DNA of 64,000 bases from Bacteroidales bacterium (lineage in GTDB: Bacteria > Bacteroidota > Bacteroidia > Bacteroidales > UBA4417), in assembly GCA_016707705.1 (NCBI GenBank), contig JADJHD010000001.1, positions 382,646-446,645 of the forward strand, read 5' to 3'. Below are positions 17,501 through 26,330 of the stretch, in pieces; within the stretch, counting starts at the first letter, position 1, and the number at the start of each line of letters is the position of its first letter. Under the pieces are notes generated by a model. The model was not told where the DNA came from and did no database searches. It worked only from the letters and a program-made list of their open reading frames with translations. Made by a program: the position numbers and the translations under genes.

Positions 17501-20500
17501 CCAGAACGACAGCGATAAGTTTGAATATCCGTTTGTGTTAAGAACCGGAGAAACGAGTGTAGTCGCAGTTACTGTTCCATTCTGAGACCTGCTGTCTGAG
17601 AGGTAAAACTGACTGGCATCATTGGAATGAAAGGTATTTGAATTTGTAACATATCCATCAGGACGTAAAGTCCATGTTGCATTTGCAGTTGTTCCTCCAC
17701 TTGAAGAATTCGATTTTGTCCAGGTGTTTGATGCAGCGTTAAAGTTTTCAGAGAGGATTGAGCTGCTTGAGACGATATTGGAAGAACTTGTCAGGTTAAC
17801 TGTAGATCCCGGGCAAACTGAAGATGAAGAAACTCCTGCAGTTACTGTTGGTATTGGATTTACTGCAACGGTGATGGTATAAGGATTTCCCTGGCAGGAA
17901 TTTCCTGTTGAAGTTGGAGTTACTATGTATTGCACACTGCCGGGGTTGCTGCTGCTTGAATTAACCAAGGTTTGATTAATGGTGGCTCCTACACCAGAAC
18001 TATAGCCTGAAACACTGCCAGTAATTGTTCCAATAGCCCATGAGAAGTTGCTTGATATACTGGAGGTTAATGAAATATTAACAGTTGAACCACTGCAGAT
18101 TGAATAGGTATTTAGACTAGTCACAACCGGCAAGGGATGTACAGTTACGATTATACTTGTTGATGTCCCAATACAACTGCCAGCCGATGAAGTAGGTACA
18201 ATCAGATATTCCACGCTGCCATCTGTCAAACTTGAAGGATTAGTCAATGCCTGATTGATTGATGAGCCGCTTCCTGCTGAAGCTCCGGTAATGCTGCCCG
18301 TAATTGTTCCAATTGTCCATGCGAATGATGATGGGATGTTAGCCAGCAGACTGATGCTAGTGGATGCTCCACTACATATAGCATATGCGGATGGATTTTG
18401 TAATACAGGTTTGGGATTGATCGTAATGGTAACCGTAAATGAAGAACCATCGCATCCTAAACTACTTACAGGTACAATAGTGTAGGTAACATTTACAGGA
18501 TTAAGTCCTGCATTGGTCCATGCATCATCAGCAATTACAGTTGATGTGAACCCATTGCCAGTTACCGGATTGCCAGCGGAAGCAGTTAAGCCATTGCTGT
18601 TAATTGAGGTAATATTGTATGTTGAAGCACTTACTCCATTTGTACTGGATCCTAAATTCATTGCAATTGCAACATCACTGCACAAATTCTTGCTTTGATT
18701 TGAAACTATTGGTACAGGTTGGATTGTAACTGTTACATCTGTTGAAGTATTGGTGCATACATCAGCAGTAGCAGTAATATGATATATCACAGTAGAATTC
18801 AGGGATGAGGTATTGGTGATAATTTCACTAATCTGGTTGCCTGAACCGTTTGTATTGAAAGTTGTATTGCTTCCCGAACTTAACACAGCATTCCAGGTAA
18901 ATACTGTTCCTGTAATGTTACTTGTTAAGCCGATATTGGTTGCTGTTCCTGAACATATAGTTTGAAGTTGTGAAACAGGATTTACAGTGACATTAATGAC
19001 CTGATTCAATGTTATCAGGGCAGAATGTGTCTGACTGCATCCACTTGTGGTATTCGTTTCAACTAAAGTATATTCCGTACTTACTGCAGGTGTAACTACA
19101 GGATTTGAAATGCTTGAAGTGAAGCCAGCTGGGACAGAAGTCCAGGAATAAGTATTCCCCGGAACTGCTGCAGCACCAAGTTGTATGCTTGCCCCTTCAC
19201 ATATGGTAGAATTTGGGCCGGTTACAGCTAAGGGCAAAAGGTTAACAACAACTGAATAAACTGAAGAAGGTCCATTTCCACAGCTATTTGAAGGAGTAAC
19301 AACTACATCTCCTGTTAAGGCTCCAATAGTTGAAGTAATGCTTGAAGTTCCTTGTCCTGAATTAATTATCCAATCGGAGGGTGTTGCCCAGGTGTAAGTT
19401 ATACCCAAAACAGGAACTACGCTGTAAGTTTGGCTCGTCCCTTCACAAACTGGAGTAATTCCTGAAATTACACCAGTTGCAGTTGGCAGAGGAGAAACTG
19501 TCACACTGATAGACACACTGCTTCCTGTTCCGCAGGAATTCGACGGAACTACTTGAATAACACCCGATTGCGAGCCAACCGTAACCTGAATTTCGTTACT
19601 CCCCTGTCCTGAGATAATTGACCAGCCTACAGGGAGTGACCAGGAATATTCTACACCTGAAACTGAGGTTACGTTATAGATCTGAGTAGATGCCTCACAA
19701 GGATTCAGGTTTCCGGAGATTGGTGAGGGTTGAGCTGGAATTGCAGCCTGAACCTGCACGGCCAGTGTACTTCCGGTTGCAGTTCCGCATGAGTTTGAGG
19801 GTATTACGGAAATTGATCCAGAACTTGCACCTACATTTACAGTTAAGCTATTGGTCCCTTGTCCGCTTGAAATCGTCCAATCTGCTGGCACAGTCCAGGT
19901 AAAAGTAGTATTGGCTGTATTAAGAACTGAATATACCTGAACAGAGCCGGCACAAACTGGATTGTTCCCGCTGATTGGAGATGATGCTGCGGGAATTGCT
20001 GAAACAACTGATACAGCAAGATTTCTTGAAAGTCCTCCCCCACAAGTATTGAAAAGACTGACACTTATTGTCCCCGAATTTGGTCCAACCGTTACAGAGA
20101 TCGAATTTGTTCCCTGTCCTGATTGAATTGACCAACCTGCTGGAAGTGACCAGGTATAGGTTACTCCGGAGACATTAACAGTGCTGTATGTAACCGTTGT
20201 CCCGGCACATGGCGCAGTATTTCCGGTAATAGGTGCGGGTTGTGCAGGAGTTGAGGTCTGAATCGTTACTGCAATGCTTTGAGAGGGTCCATTTCCACAA
20301 CTGTTTGAAGGTGTTACCGTGACGTTTCCTGAAGCATTTCCTGTTGTTACCAGAATGGAATTAGTGCCTTGTCCTGAGGTTATTGCCCAACCAGCAGGTA
20401 CCGTCCACGCATAAACAATGCCTGCAACATTAGTTACGCTAAAAACCTGTGGAGTGAGCTTGCAGGCCATACTTACCCCATTGATTGTCGAGGGCTGGGA

Positions 20501-20971
20501 CGGCAGGTTTAAGATAGTGACAGCCAGTGTTTGAGCTGTTCCGGAGCCACATGCATTGGATGGAACTACCTGAATATTTCCGGCTAAAACTCCTGCCGTA
20601 ACTGTAACTGATGATGTCCCCTGCCCTGAAAGAATTATCCAGTCTGCAGGAAACGACCATGTATAGGTAACCCCGGCAATCAAAGTGACAGAGTAAATTT
20701 GTGTGCTATTTGCACAACAGCTGGAACTGCCGGAGATGGCTGAGGGTTGGGAAGGAATATTCAAAACACTAACAGCAAGATTGCTTGCAGTTCCATTCCC
20801 ACAAGCGTTTGAAGGAGTTACAGTTACTGATCCTGAGTTTGCTCCCACTGTAACTGAAATGGTATTAGTTCCTTGCCCCGAATTGATTGTCCATCCTGAA
20901 GGGCAACTCCAGGTATAGAGGTGACACCAGCAATGTTGGTAACACTGTAGGTTTGAATAGTACCCAAACAA
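14564..20971 (-). CDS. C-terminal 2,135-codon fragment of a giant adhesin: PKD-like repeats, Ig-like domains, MAM/CBM-like modules, HYR-like domains
   Basis: The first ~22 residues are out-of-register junk, then …YTWSCPSGWTINSGQGTNTISVTVGANSGSVTVTPSNACGNG continues the repeat broken at the end of ORF 20824..22149. HYR-like segments (ITAPVVACPANI…DDCS; DPPLILCPANI…). CBM-like segment (ELVVNGDFSTGNSGF…). Ends TVKPRPNIIKQ without a type A or type B CTD. Confidence 0.9.
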   Translation of the reverse strand: MFGYYSNLQCYQHCWCHLYTWSCPSGWTINSGQGTNTISVTVGANSGSVTVTPSNACGNGTASNLAVSVLNIPSQPSAISGSSSCCANSTQIYSVTLIAGVTYTWSFPADWIILSGQGTSSVTVTAGVLAGNIQVVPSNACGSGTAQTLAVTILNLPSQPSTINGVSMACKLTPQVFSVTNVAGIVYAWTVPAGWAITSGQGTNSILVTTGNASGNVTVTPSNSCGNGPSQSIAVTIQTSTPAQPAPITGNTAPCAGTTVTYSTVNVSGVTYTWSLPAGWSIQSGQGTNSISVTVGPNSGTISVSLFNTCGGGLSRNLAVSVVSAIPAASSPISGNNPVCAGSVQVYSVLNTANTTFTWTVPADWTISSGQGTNSLTVNVGASSGSISVIPSNSCGTATGSTLAVQVQAAIPAQPSPISGNLNPCEASTQIYNVTSVSGVEYSWSLPVGWSIISGQGSNEIQVTVGSQSGVIQVVPSNSCGTGSSVSISVTVSPLPTATGVISGITPVCEGTSQTYSVVPVLGITYTWATPSDWIINSGQGTSSITSTIGALTGDVVVTPSNSCGNGPSSVYSVVVNLLPLAVTGPNSTICEGASIQLGAAAVPGNTYSWTSVPAGFTSSISNPVVTPAVSTEYTLVETNTTSGCSQTHSALITLNQVINVTVNPVSQLQTICSGTATNIGLTSNITGTVFTWNAVLSSGSNTTFNTNGSGNQISEIITNTSSLNSTVIYHITATADVCTNTSTDVTVTIQPVPIVSNQSKNLCSDVAIAMNLGSSTNGVSASTYNITSINSNGLTASAGNPVTGNGFTSTVIADDAWTNAGLNPVNVTYTIVPVSSLGCDGSSFTVTITINPKPVLQNPSAYAICSGASTSISLLANIPSSFAWTIGTITGSITGASAGSGSSINQALTNPSSLTDGSVEYLIVPTSSAGSCIGTSTSIIVTVHPLPVVTSLNTYSICSGSTVNISLTSSISSNFSWAIGTITGSVSGYSSGVGATINQTLVNSSSSNPGSVQYIVTPTSTGNSCQGNPYTITVAVNPIPTVTAGVSSSSVCPGSTVNLTSSSNIVSSSSILSENFNAASNTWTKSNSSSGGTTANATWTLRPDGYVTNSNTFHSNDASQFYLSDSRSQNGTVTATTLVSPVLNTNGYSNLSLSFWQYYDYNSTSGEYAKVEVTTNGGSTWTTVATYNNDRGSAGSFQNESINLGASYINSSNFQLRFNYYCGSNRGRYWGIDNVSLTGTPSVTAQISWISDPPGFTSNLANPINVPVTVTTNYTVTYVNSATLCGNSATVSVSTLPVPDPVINADYCSSPGKIKLTSSPAETYYWNTGESTQEIYVDVAGMYSVTVTNSDGCSATAFLSVSTELVVNGDFSTGNSGFTSGYSYDPTANGLIAPESEYAINSNAHYTHTNFWGYDHTNGSGTGNNNFLIVNGAKFAPQPYVWRETVTVLPNTDYYFSAWAISLNNVAPYAELQFSVNGAQVGTIAYLTSGQNILTNPWQDKDRFYGSWNSGSATTAVIEILDLNTSANGNDFGLDDISFGTLAQIPFTISPSYTTSGSYCIGETVQLLANIVGGRPPISFSWTGPNGFTSNLQDPIIPNVQAPNQGIYTLTVTDGYGCTPTTGTVEVHLNSLPGASFAGPHDLCQFSLPGELQIIGTGGVAPYTFTYNINGGANQVVTTNSGNTAYILVPTGSAGTFIYNLVGVTSSLGCSSTLNSSYTIQVHTLPVNYITGSSPVCPNSTGNIYSGPPAMNGYAWTISGNGAISGQSNQVSVNITAGNSCNDLFLLTLMASNTYGCTAISQEEIVIEDITAPVVACPANINSPSDPGQTYGTIALSAPVYSDDCSSAAGMLIGWSMSGATNASGSGIISSPYQFNIGITQITYTITDVCGNSSSCLFTITITQNDPPLILCPANITVGAITGLCNAMVDPGQPTISQGLGVTISWNMTGATTGSGTGSVLPNPYQFNLGTTIIMWIGTNASGADTCLQTIIVLDQEPPDFIAPAPQSYCVIDIIDATFFDPTTDITPDRPEYYILTPADKANLSPDPSSFTDNCTPTGSLVLHWRIDFNGGNPVPISGVGAVSLYSGEIRLPGDPLVNVIHTITYWLIDSSGNSSAQKTVQLTVKPRPNIIKQ

Positions 20972-21534
20972 GGTGAGTTACTTCCTGTTATGGTACCTGG
21001 TTGTGAGGGAACTGCTGCAACAGGTGTTACAGCGAGTGTCCGCGAAGTACCACTACCACAAGCATTTGATGGTGTGATTGTAATATTTCCTGAGGATGCA
21101 CCAACTGTTACCTGAATGCTGTTCGTTGTTCCACCAGATGTTTGAACCCAACCCGAAGGGAAGCTCCATGTATAGGTTACACCAGCAATATTCGGCACTG
21201 AATAGGATTGGCTTGACCCAACACAGGGTGAAGAATTTCCGGTAACAGTTCCTGGTTGACCGGGAATTGCAAGAATGGTAACCGCCTTGGTTGAAGCTGT
21301 TCCACTTCCGCAGGAATTTGAAGGTGTAACTGTAACATTACCAGGTGTTGAGTTGGTGGTCACAGTTATGGAATTACTTGTTCCACCTGCTGTTTGCACC
21401 CATCCTGCTGGAAATGACCAGGTATAGGTAACACCTGCAACATTGATAACGCTGTAGTTTTGAGAGGATCCGGCACAAATGGATGCATTGCCTGTAATGG
21501 TTCCGGGTGGATCTGGCAATTTACAGCCAGCAAC
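19276..21534 (-). repeat. About 10 tandem PKD-like coding repeats (~78-85 aa each)
   Basis: Unit: P-x-P-x-x-I-[TS]-G-x-x-x-x-C-x-G-x-x-x-x-YSV-x-x-V-x-GVTYTWS-x-P-x-GW-x-I-x-SGQGTNSI-x-VT-x-G-x-x-SG-x-[IV]-x-V-x-PSN-x-CG-x-G, read repeatedly in both ORF fragments. Boundaries are approximate. Confidence 0.8.
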
Positions 21535-22149
21535 TGTAAAATCATCCAGCCTGTAAGCACCACTATTCCCATCGGTATCGCATGTCCAGCGAAAACTAAG
21601 ATTCGAAGCCCCAGCAGCACCAACTGGCAATGATACAGCTGTTCCGGTACCACCGTTTATCCATGCCCAGGTGGAGTTGGAAGGAACATCGGTAATGGAC
21701 AATGTATTCCAATTAGAACCATCAGCAGACCATTCAAATGTCAATGTTTTGGCACTGCTTCTTCTCGCAGACCAAATAACAGTAATCGAAGTATATCCAA
21801 CTGTAGATAAATTATTCGAATAACTTACGCTTCGTGAACTTGTGCTGCTTCCACCTGCCATATTGGAACCTCCTGAAAACGGAGGGGCTGGAGTAGATGA
21901 AGAAGCATTAACAACAGTCCATGAAGAAGATCCGGAAGGAGTCCACCCGGTAGGGAAAGCTGTTCCTGTTCCGAAATTTTGAGAGTAGATGGTAGTTACC
22001 TGGGCTTGAACACCAACAAAACCAATACTTGTAAGCAAAAATATGGCTGATAGGAACCGATAATATTGCTTCAAATTTGAAAATGAAAGTTTAATACCAC
22101 CCAAAGGCAGTACCTGGAAAATAAAATACCGAAACCTTTTCAGTTTCAT
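20824..22149 (-). CDS. N-terminal 441-codon fragment of the same giant adhesin (signal/anchor, MAM-like module, first PKD-like repeats)
   Basis: Hydrophobic N-terminus …FLSAIFLLTSIGFVGVQAQ. Repeats …ITGNASICAGSSQNYSVINVAGVTYTWSFPAGW…. The last ~30 residues (SIPGVALQDGQSIRGKELIPFQLQWEQTQDQ) are off-frame. Confidence 0.85.
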   Translation of the reverse strand: MKLKRFRYFIFQVLPLGGIKLSFSNLKQYYRFLSAIFLLTSIGFVGVQAQVTTIYSQNFGTGTAFPTGWTPSGSSSWTVVNASSSTPAPPFSGGSNMAGGSSTSSRSVSYSNNLSTVGYTSITVIWSARRSSAKTLTFEWSADGSNWNTLSITDVPSNSTWAWINGGTGTAVSLPVGAAGASNLSFRWTCDTDGNSGAYRLDDFTVAGCKLPDPPGTITGNASICAGSSQNYSVINVAGVTYTWSFPAGWVQTAGGTSNSITVTTNSTPGNVTVTPSNSCGSGTASTKAVTILAIPGQPGTVTGNSSPCVGSSQSYSVPNIAGVTYTWSFPSGWVQTSGGTTNSIQVTVGASSGNITITPSNACGSGTSRTLAVTPVAAVPSQPGTITGSNSPCLGTIQTYSVTNIAGVTSIPGVALQDGQSIRGKELIPFQLQWEQTQDQ

Positions 22150-22610
22150 GTAACGAGATATATGGAAGCAAGCAGCACATCTGGCATTTCAGTATTACCT
22201 GAAATTCAACCAAATGCACACATACTACAGTCAGCAAGCGATACGAGTCAGCCGGGTTTTAAAACTGAGTTCGGTACTATAATTCAACTCATCACTATAT
22301 CCATAAATACTAATAAGGTAATACCGGAAAACGACTGAAAATCAAATATTTTTACACTTTCACTGAAAATATTTCTCCCTTGAACTCAACAGTAAAATTA
22401 TTTTACTATTTTGTTGATTTTCAAGGAACAAAAGTCAAATTTGAATATTGAGTATTATAAATATATCTCTTAGAGAATCATATTTATATAGCAATTATTA
22501 AATTGCTTAATTACTATATTATTAATATATTTAATTTAAACTTTGTATCTATTTCTCATGATTTGTGCGTTTGGCTTTATTTCTTAATTTTGCGACCTGA
22601 AACTGCTCAT

Positions 22611-22697
22611 GGAGAGATGCCAGAGTGGTCGATCGGGGCGGTCTCGAAAACCGTTGACCCCTCACGGGGTCCCAGGGTTCGAATCCCTGTCTCTCCG
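22611..22697 (+). tRNA. tRNA-Ser (anticodon CGA)
   Basis: Acceptor GGAGAGA/TCTCTCC + G. Anticodon stem GCGGT/ACCGT with loop CTCGAAA. Long variable arm. T-arm CAGGG-TTCGAAT-CCCTG. 87 nt. Confidence 0.95.
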
Positions 22698-22707
22698 CTT
22701 TAAGTTA

Positions 22708-22735
22708 AGACCTGCAAATGCGGGTCTTTTTTTTT
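22708..22735 (+). terminator. Rho-independent terminator after tRNA-Ser
   Basis: AGACCTGC-aaat-GCGGGTCT followed by T8. Confidence 0.85.
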
Positions 22736-22819
22736 AATAAATCTGAAGTATTTCGATTTTTGAATGTTGCTTAAACTAAGTGAACTCTTACTTTATCATT
22801 AACAATATTCTTTCTAAAA

Positions 22820-24001
22820 TCAAGGCTCAAACGTTTTGTATTTCAGAAAATAATGCAAACTGGTTAGACATAATACTCCAAAAATAAGACCTGCAAAAAA
22901 GAATGCTTTCGATAACCCATACAAGTCTGTGATCCATCCAAACAGTGGGCCCAGAACGGCAAATGTGAATCTTATTACCAGATTCCTTACTGATAATACT
23001 GTTGCTCTAACATCTGAGGTGGTAACAAGATTTATATAGTTACGCAGCGTCGGAGTTGCAATTCCCCTTGCAAGGTAGAAGACCACCAGAATAAGTAATG
23101 AAGCTTTCACTGAAAAAAACGAAAGCAAGAAATATCCAGAAATGAGAATAATAGTAAATATTAGGACTGTCTTAGCCGGCCCAAATTTCTCTTCAAATTT
23201 CCAGGCTCTCATTGCGGCTAATCCAACTGAAAGGTTAAGTATAGCCCAGATTGCTCCATACCATGAAAGTGGAATGTTTATCGTCTTAAAAAAAGGTTGT
23301 GCGAACCAGGCCATGGTCAAGGTAGCTGAACCTATAAATGCTGAAAACAGGGTATTCCAGCGAAGCTTTCGGTCAGTAATCAGTGTATTTCTGACAATTC
23401 CAATAACATCTACCCAGCCAGGTTTTCTGGCAGCAAGTCGAACAGGAGGCTCCTTTAATAATAGTGCGGCTGGTAAAGCAATAAAGGCAACAGAAGCCTG
23501 AACAAAAAAGGGAGTCCGAAGGGAAATCAGGGCCAGCATCCCTCCTATTATACCAGCTAAGGCTTCAGCAAAATTCCCTATTGAGGTAATCCTTCCCTCC
23601 AGCCTGGTGTATTTTGGAGTTAACCGTTTTGCTGCAAGTGTATCGTACAGCATTGCTGAGTCGGCACCGCTGATCAGACTCTGACCTATGCCCAAAATAA
23701 CTTCGGCCAATGCAAATATCCAGAAACCACTGAAACATGAGTATATAAGATAACCGCTGAACCCAAACATTGAACCAAGTAACATACTTGTCTTCCTGCC
23801 TGCAATATCAGCAAAATAACCGGTAGGTATTTCCAAGGCCATGAGCGTCAGCGAATAAACGCCCTGCAGCATGAAAATATCCTGCATGTCAAGCCCGTTG
23901 GAGTTATAGAATAGCACGATAATAGGCATCACAAGGTTCATCCATTTGGCAACCTTAATGAGGTAGAGTGCTATTAGATTCCTTCGGACTGAGAAACTCA
24001 T
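22820..24001 (-). CDS. MFS transporter
   Basis: 393 aa, about 12 hydrophobic segments. MFS-like loop motif GYFADIAGRK between TM2 and TM3. Confidence 0.8.
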   Translation of the reverse strand: MSFSVRRNLIALYLIKVAKWMNLVMPIIVLFYNSNGLDMQDIFMLQGVYSLTLMALEIPTGYFADIAGRKTSMLLGSMFGFSGYLIYSCFSGFWIFALAEVILGIGQSLISGADSAMLYDTLAAKRLTPKYTRLEGRITSIGNFAEALAGIIGGMLALISLRTPFFVQASVAFIALPAALLLKEPPVRLAARKPGWVDVIGIVRNTLITDRKLRWNTLFSAFIGSATLTMAWFAQPFFKTINIPLSWYGAIWAILNLSVGLAAMRAWKFEEKFGPAKTVLIFTIILISGYFLLSFFSVKASLLILVVFYLARGIATPTLRNYINLVTTSDVRATVLSVRNLVIRFTFAVLGPLFGWITDLYGLSKAFFFAGLIFGVLCLTSLHYFLKYKTFEP

Positions 24002-24155
24002 AATCTATCGATGGTATTATCAGTCAGTAGCCTGAATATTTGGATTAGCGAGCTTAATCCAAAGCCAATTTCAGAATATTATCAATTGCATTAACCCTTT
24101 TTATGTAAAATTCAGGAAAGCATTAGTTAATATTATTCGAAAGAAGGTCTGGACT

Positions 24156-24194
24156 AAAAACAGCAAAAGCCTTGTAAATACAAGGCTTTTGCTG
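24156..24194 (-). terminator. Rho-independent terminator after tRNA-Ser (minus strand)
   Basis: 14-bp stem CAGCAAAAGCCTTG / CAAGGCTTTTGCTG with a 6-nt loop, followed on the minus strand by T5. Confidence 0.85.
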
Positions 24195-24198
24195 TTGG

Positions 24199-24285
24199 CG
24201 GAGAGAGAGGGATTCGAACCCACGGACCCCTTGCAGGGTCAACGGTTTTCAAGACCGCCGCGATCAACCACTCTGCCATCTCTCC
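24199..24285 (-). tRNA. tRNA-Ser (anticodon UGA)
   Basis: The minus strand reads GGAGAGATGGCAGAGTGGTTGATCGCGGCGGTCTTGAAAACCGTTGACCCTGCAAGGGGTCCGTGGGTTCGAATCCCTCTCTCTCCG. Anticodon loop CTTGAAA, long variable arm. One U-U mismatch in the T stem. Confidence 0.9.
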
Positions 24286-24442
24286 GGAGGTGCAAAAGTA
24301 AAAAAAAATGAAATAAATACTATAGTGATGATGTAAATGGTGAAAAAACTTTTGAACTCGATCAAATCGGGTCATATTATTCACTTAAAGTTAGCCTGAA
24401 AGGTTTGTTTATGAGTATTTTTGTACAATAAACGTTTGCCCC

Positions 24443-25924
24443 ATGAAGAAATTTATTCTTTTCACACTTATACTCTCAGGAGTATTTCTGAACGGATATT
24501 CAAAAACAGATAACCTTCGTGCTTATCTCTCTTACTCTACTTTCTATTCTCCTAACCATGGGCCCTATCTGGAAACCTACCTTTCAGTGTTCGGAAAAAG
24601 TGTAGTGTATATAAAAAAGGAAAACGGGAAATATCAAGCTTCTGTTCTGGTAACAATGCTTTTCAAGCAAAAGGATTCGATCAGGGATTTCAGAAAATAT
24701 GAACTTTTCAGCCCGGAGATTGATGATACAACGTCCATTAACTTCAGTTTTCTGGATCAGCAACGAATTCCAATTTCTCAAGGAACATATAACTTTGAAC
24801 TTTTGGTTTCTGATAAAAACCGGGATAAAGCACCTTTCAAGATAGAGGAGCAACTGGATATCAATTATCCTGCAGGTAAAATCAATATATCAGGGATAGA
24901 ACTGGTTGAATCATTCAAAAAGGTTGAAGCAGAAACAGAGCTTTCAAAAAGCGGTTATGAGTTCATACCTTTCATGGACAACTTTTATCCAGGCTCAATA
25001 AACAAACTTGTTTACTACTCAGAAATCTATAATACAATAACAGCATTGCCTCAGGAAGAAAAATTCGCAGTCAGTATCTCAATTCAATCTTATGAAACTG
25101 GTAAACTAATTAGCAATTATCTTAAAATCAAGAGGGAATCTCCAAAGCAAGTAATAGTAGCCTTTGGAGAATTCGACATACAAAACCTTCCCTCCGGAAA
25201 TTACAATCTGGTTGTTTCTGTCAGAGATAAGGAAAACAAGGAGCTGGCTACCAACATGCTCTTCTTCCAGCGCAGTAATCCTGAAGCTCATTTCGATCTG
25301 CAGAGCCTTTCAAACATTGATGTAAGAAATAGTTTTGTTTCATCGATTCAAAGTCTGGATACACTTAGGGAGTATATAAGATCTTTATACCCCATTTCAT
25401 CCTCTGAAGAGAAGCTGTTTATACGCTCTCAGATCAAACTGGCGAATCTTGAGACATTACAACAGTTTTTCCTGAGTTTCTGGGTTAGCAGGAATAATGC
25501 AGATCCATCCAAAGCCTGGGAAGAATACTATGTTCAAGTTCAGGCAGTAGATAAAGAGTTTCATACTGTGAATAAAAGAGGATACGAAACAGATCGTGGA
25601 AGAGTATATCTTCAGTACGGTCCTCCTAATGCCCGTTCACAATCTTACGACGAACCCAGAGCATACCCCTATGAAATCTGGCAATATTACAAATTGGGGA
25701 TTCAGTCGAACAGAAAATTCGTCTTCTTCGCACGAGATTATGCTTCCGGAGAATTTGAACTTCTGCATTCAGATGCTCAGGGTGAAATCAATAATCCCCG
25801 ATGGGAAATAGCTTTGCATTCCCGTGATACAGATAGGTATAACAGCCCCCAGCAAATTGACCGAATGAGTGAAGACGGTTATTTCGGAAAGCACTCCGAT
25901 GATTTCTATAACCTTCCCCGATAA
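24443..25924 (+). CDS. GWxTD domain-containing protein
   Basis: Signal peptide. C-terminal GYETDRGRVYLQYGPPNARSQSYDEPRAYPYEIWQYY matches the GWxTD-domain signature. Confidence 0.8.
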   Translation: MKKFILFTLILSGVFLNGYSKTDNLRAYLSYSTFYSPNHGPYLETYLSVFGKSVVYIKKENGKYQASVLVTMLFKQKDSIRDFRKYELFSPEIDDTTSINFSFLDQQRIPISQGTYNFELLVSDKNRDKAPFKIEEQLDINYPAGKINISGIELVESFKKVEAETELSKSGYEFIPFMDNFYPGSINKLVYYSEIYNTITALPQEEKFAVSISIQSYETGKLISNYLKIKRESPKQVIVAFGEFDIQNLPSGNYNLVVSVRDKENKELATNMLFFQRSNPEAHFDLQSLSNIDVRNSFVSSIQSLDTLREYIRSLYPISSSEEKLFIRSQIKLANLETLQQFFLSFWVSRNNADPSKAWEEYYVQVQAVDKEFHTVNKRGYETDRGRVYLQYGPPNARSQSYDEPRAYPYEIWQYYKLGIQSNRKFVFFARDYASGEFELLHSDAQGEINNPRWEIALHSRDTDRYNSPQQIDRMSEDGYFGKHSDDFYNLPR

Positions 25925-26330
25925 ATGTTCCATTCCTTCAGGCTGTAGAAATGATTGAGTTGGGATTATCAAGACTGTATGGTTTGATTTAGGGTACTAA
26001 ACAGTCCTTTTCAATTGCAACTATTCCAGCCTCCGGTCAACACATGGATGAGGCAGAATTTTCATTGTGTCCGGTCAATGTTACATTATTTTCTAATTTA
26101 GCCGTTCCTTTATCTGCAAGGTAGCACTGAAGCAGTTTGTTTCTGCAGAAGGGCATTTCAACTCCTAAGTAGCATTTTGTAACTACAAGGGAAGTATTAC
26201 ATTTACAATATTTCGAAATTGACTTAGAAAGTGTCTTTTATTGAGTCATCGAAGTTATTGTGGATTTCATTTTATCGACTCAAAACAAGACTGAGAACCA
26301 TTTAGCCATCAACACCAAAAAGAGAAACTC

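Larger units (their letters stand above)
14564..22149 (-). pseudogene. Single ~2,530-codon adhesin gene with one frameshift at 20917-20920
   Basis: Minus strand reads GGT GTC ACC TC TAT ACC TGG. Removing one CT of the CTCT restores the exact repeat consensus AGVTYTWS and fuses the two ORFs, which overlap at 20824-20971. Confidence 0.7.

Noticed and set aside
7084-20918. Many 60-160-aa ORFs in the track lie antisense to or out of frame within the giant adhesin genes. Examples: 7084..7554, 7121..7354, 8190..8417, 10020..10328, 10362..10565, 10851..11036, 13541..14270, 15273..15676, 18244..18698, 19690..20135, 20439..20918.
   Set aside because: They are fully nested in much longer ORFs with clear domain and repeat structure. 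Their translations are low-complexity mirrors of the repeats. They have no independent start context.
3417-22610. Locus A as a tRNA-Ser-targeted genomic island or ICE.
   Set aside because: There are no integrase, mobilisation or transfer genes. No repeat of the tRNA 3' end is visible at the distal boundary. Composition is similar to the rest of the window apart from the 372-aa gene and the spacer.
22503-24384. ORFs 22503..22703(+) and 24154..24384(-).
   Set aside because: They are translations across the two tRNA-Ser genes (GEMPEWSIGAVSKTVDP… / GEMAEWLIAAVLKTVDP…), not proteins.
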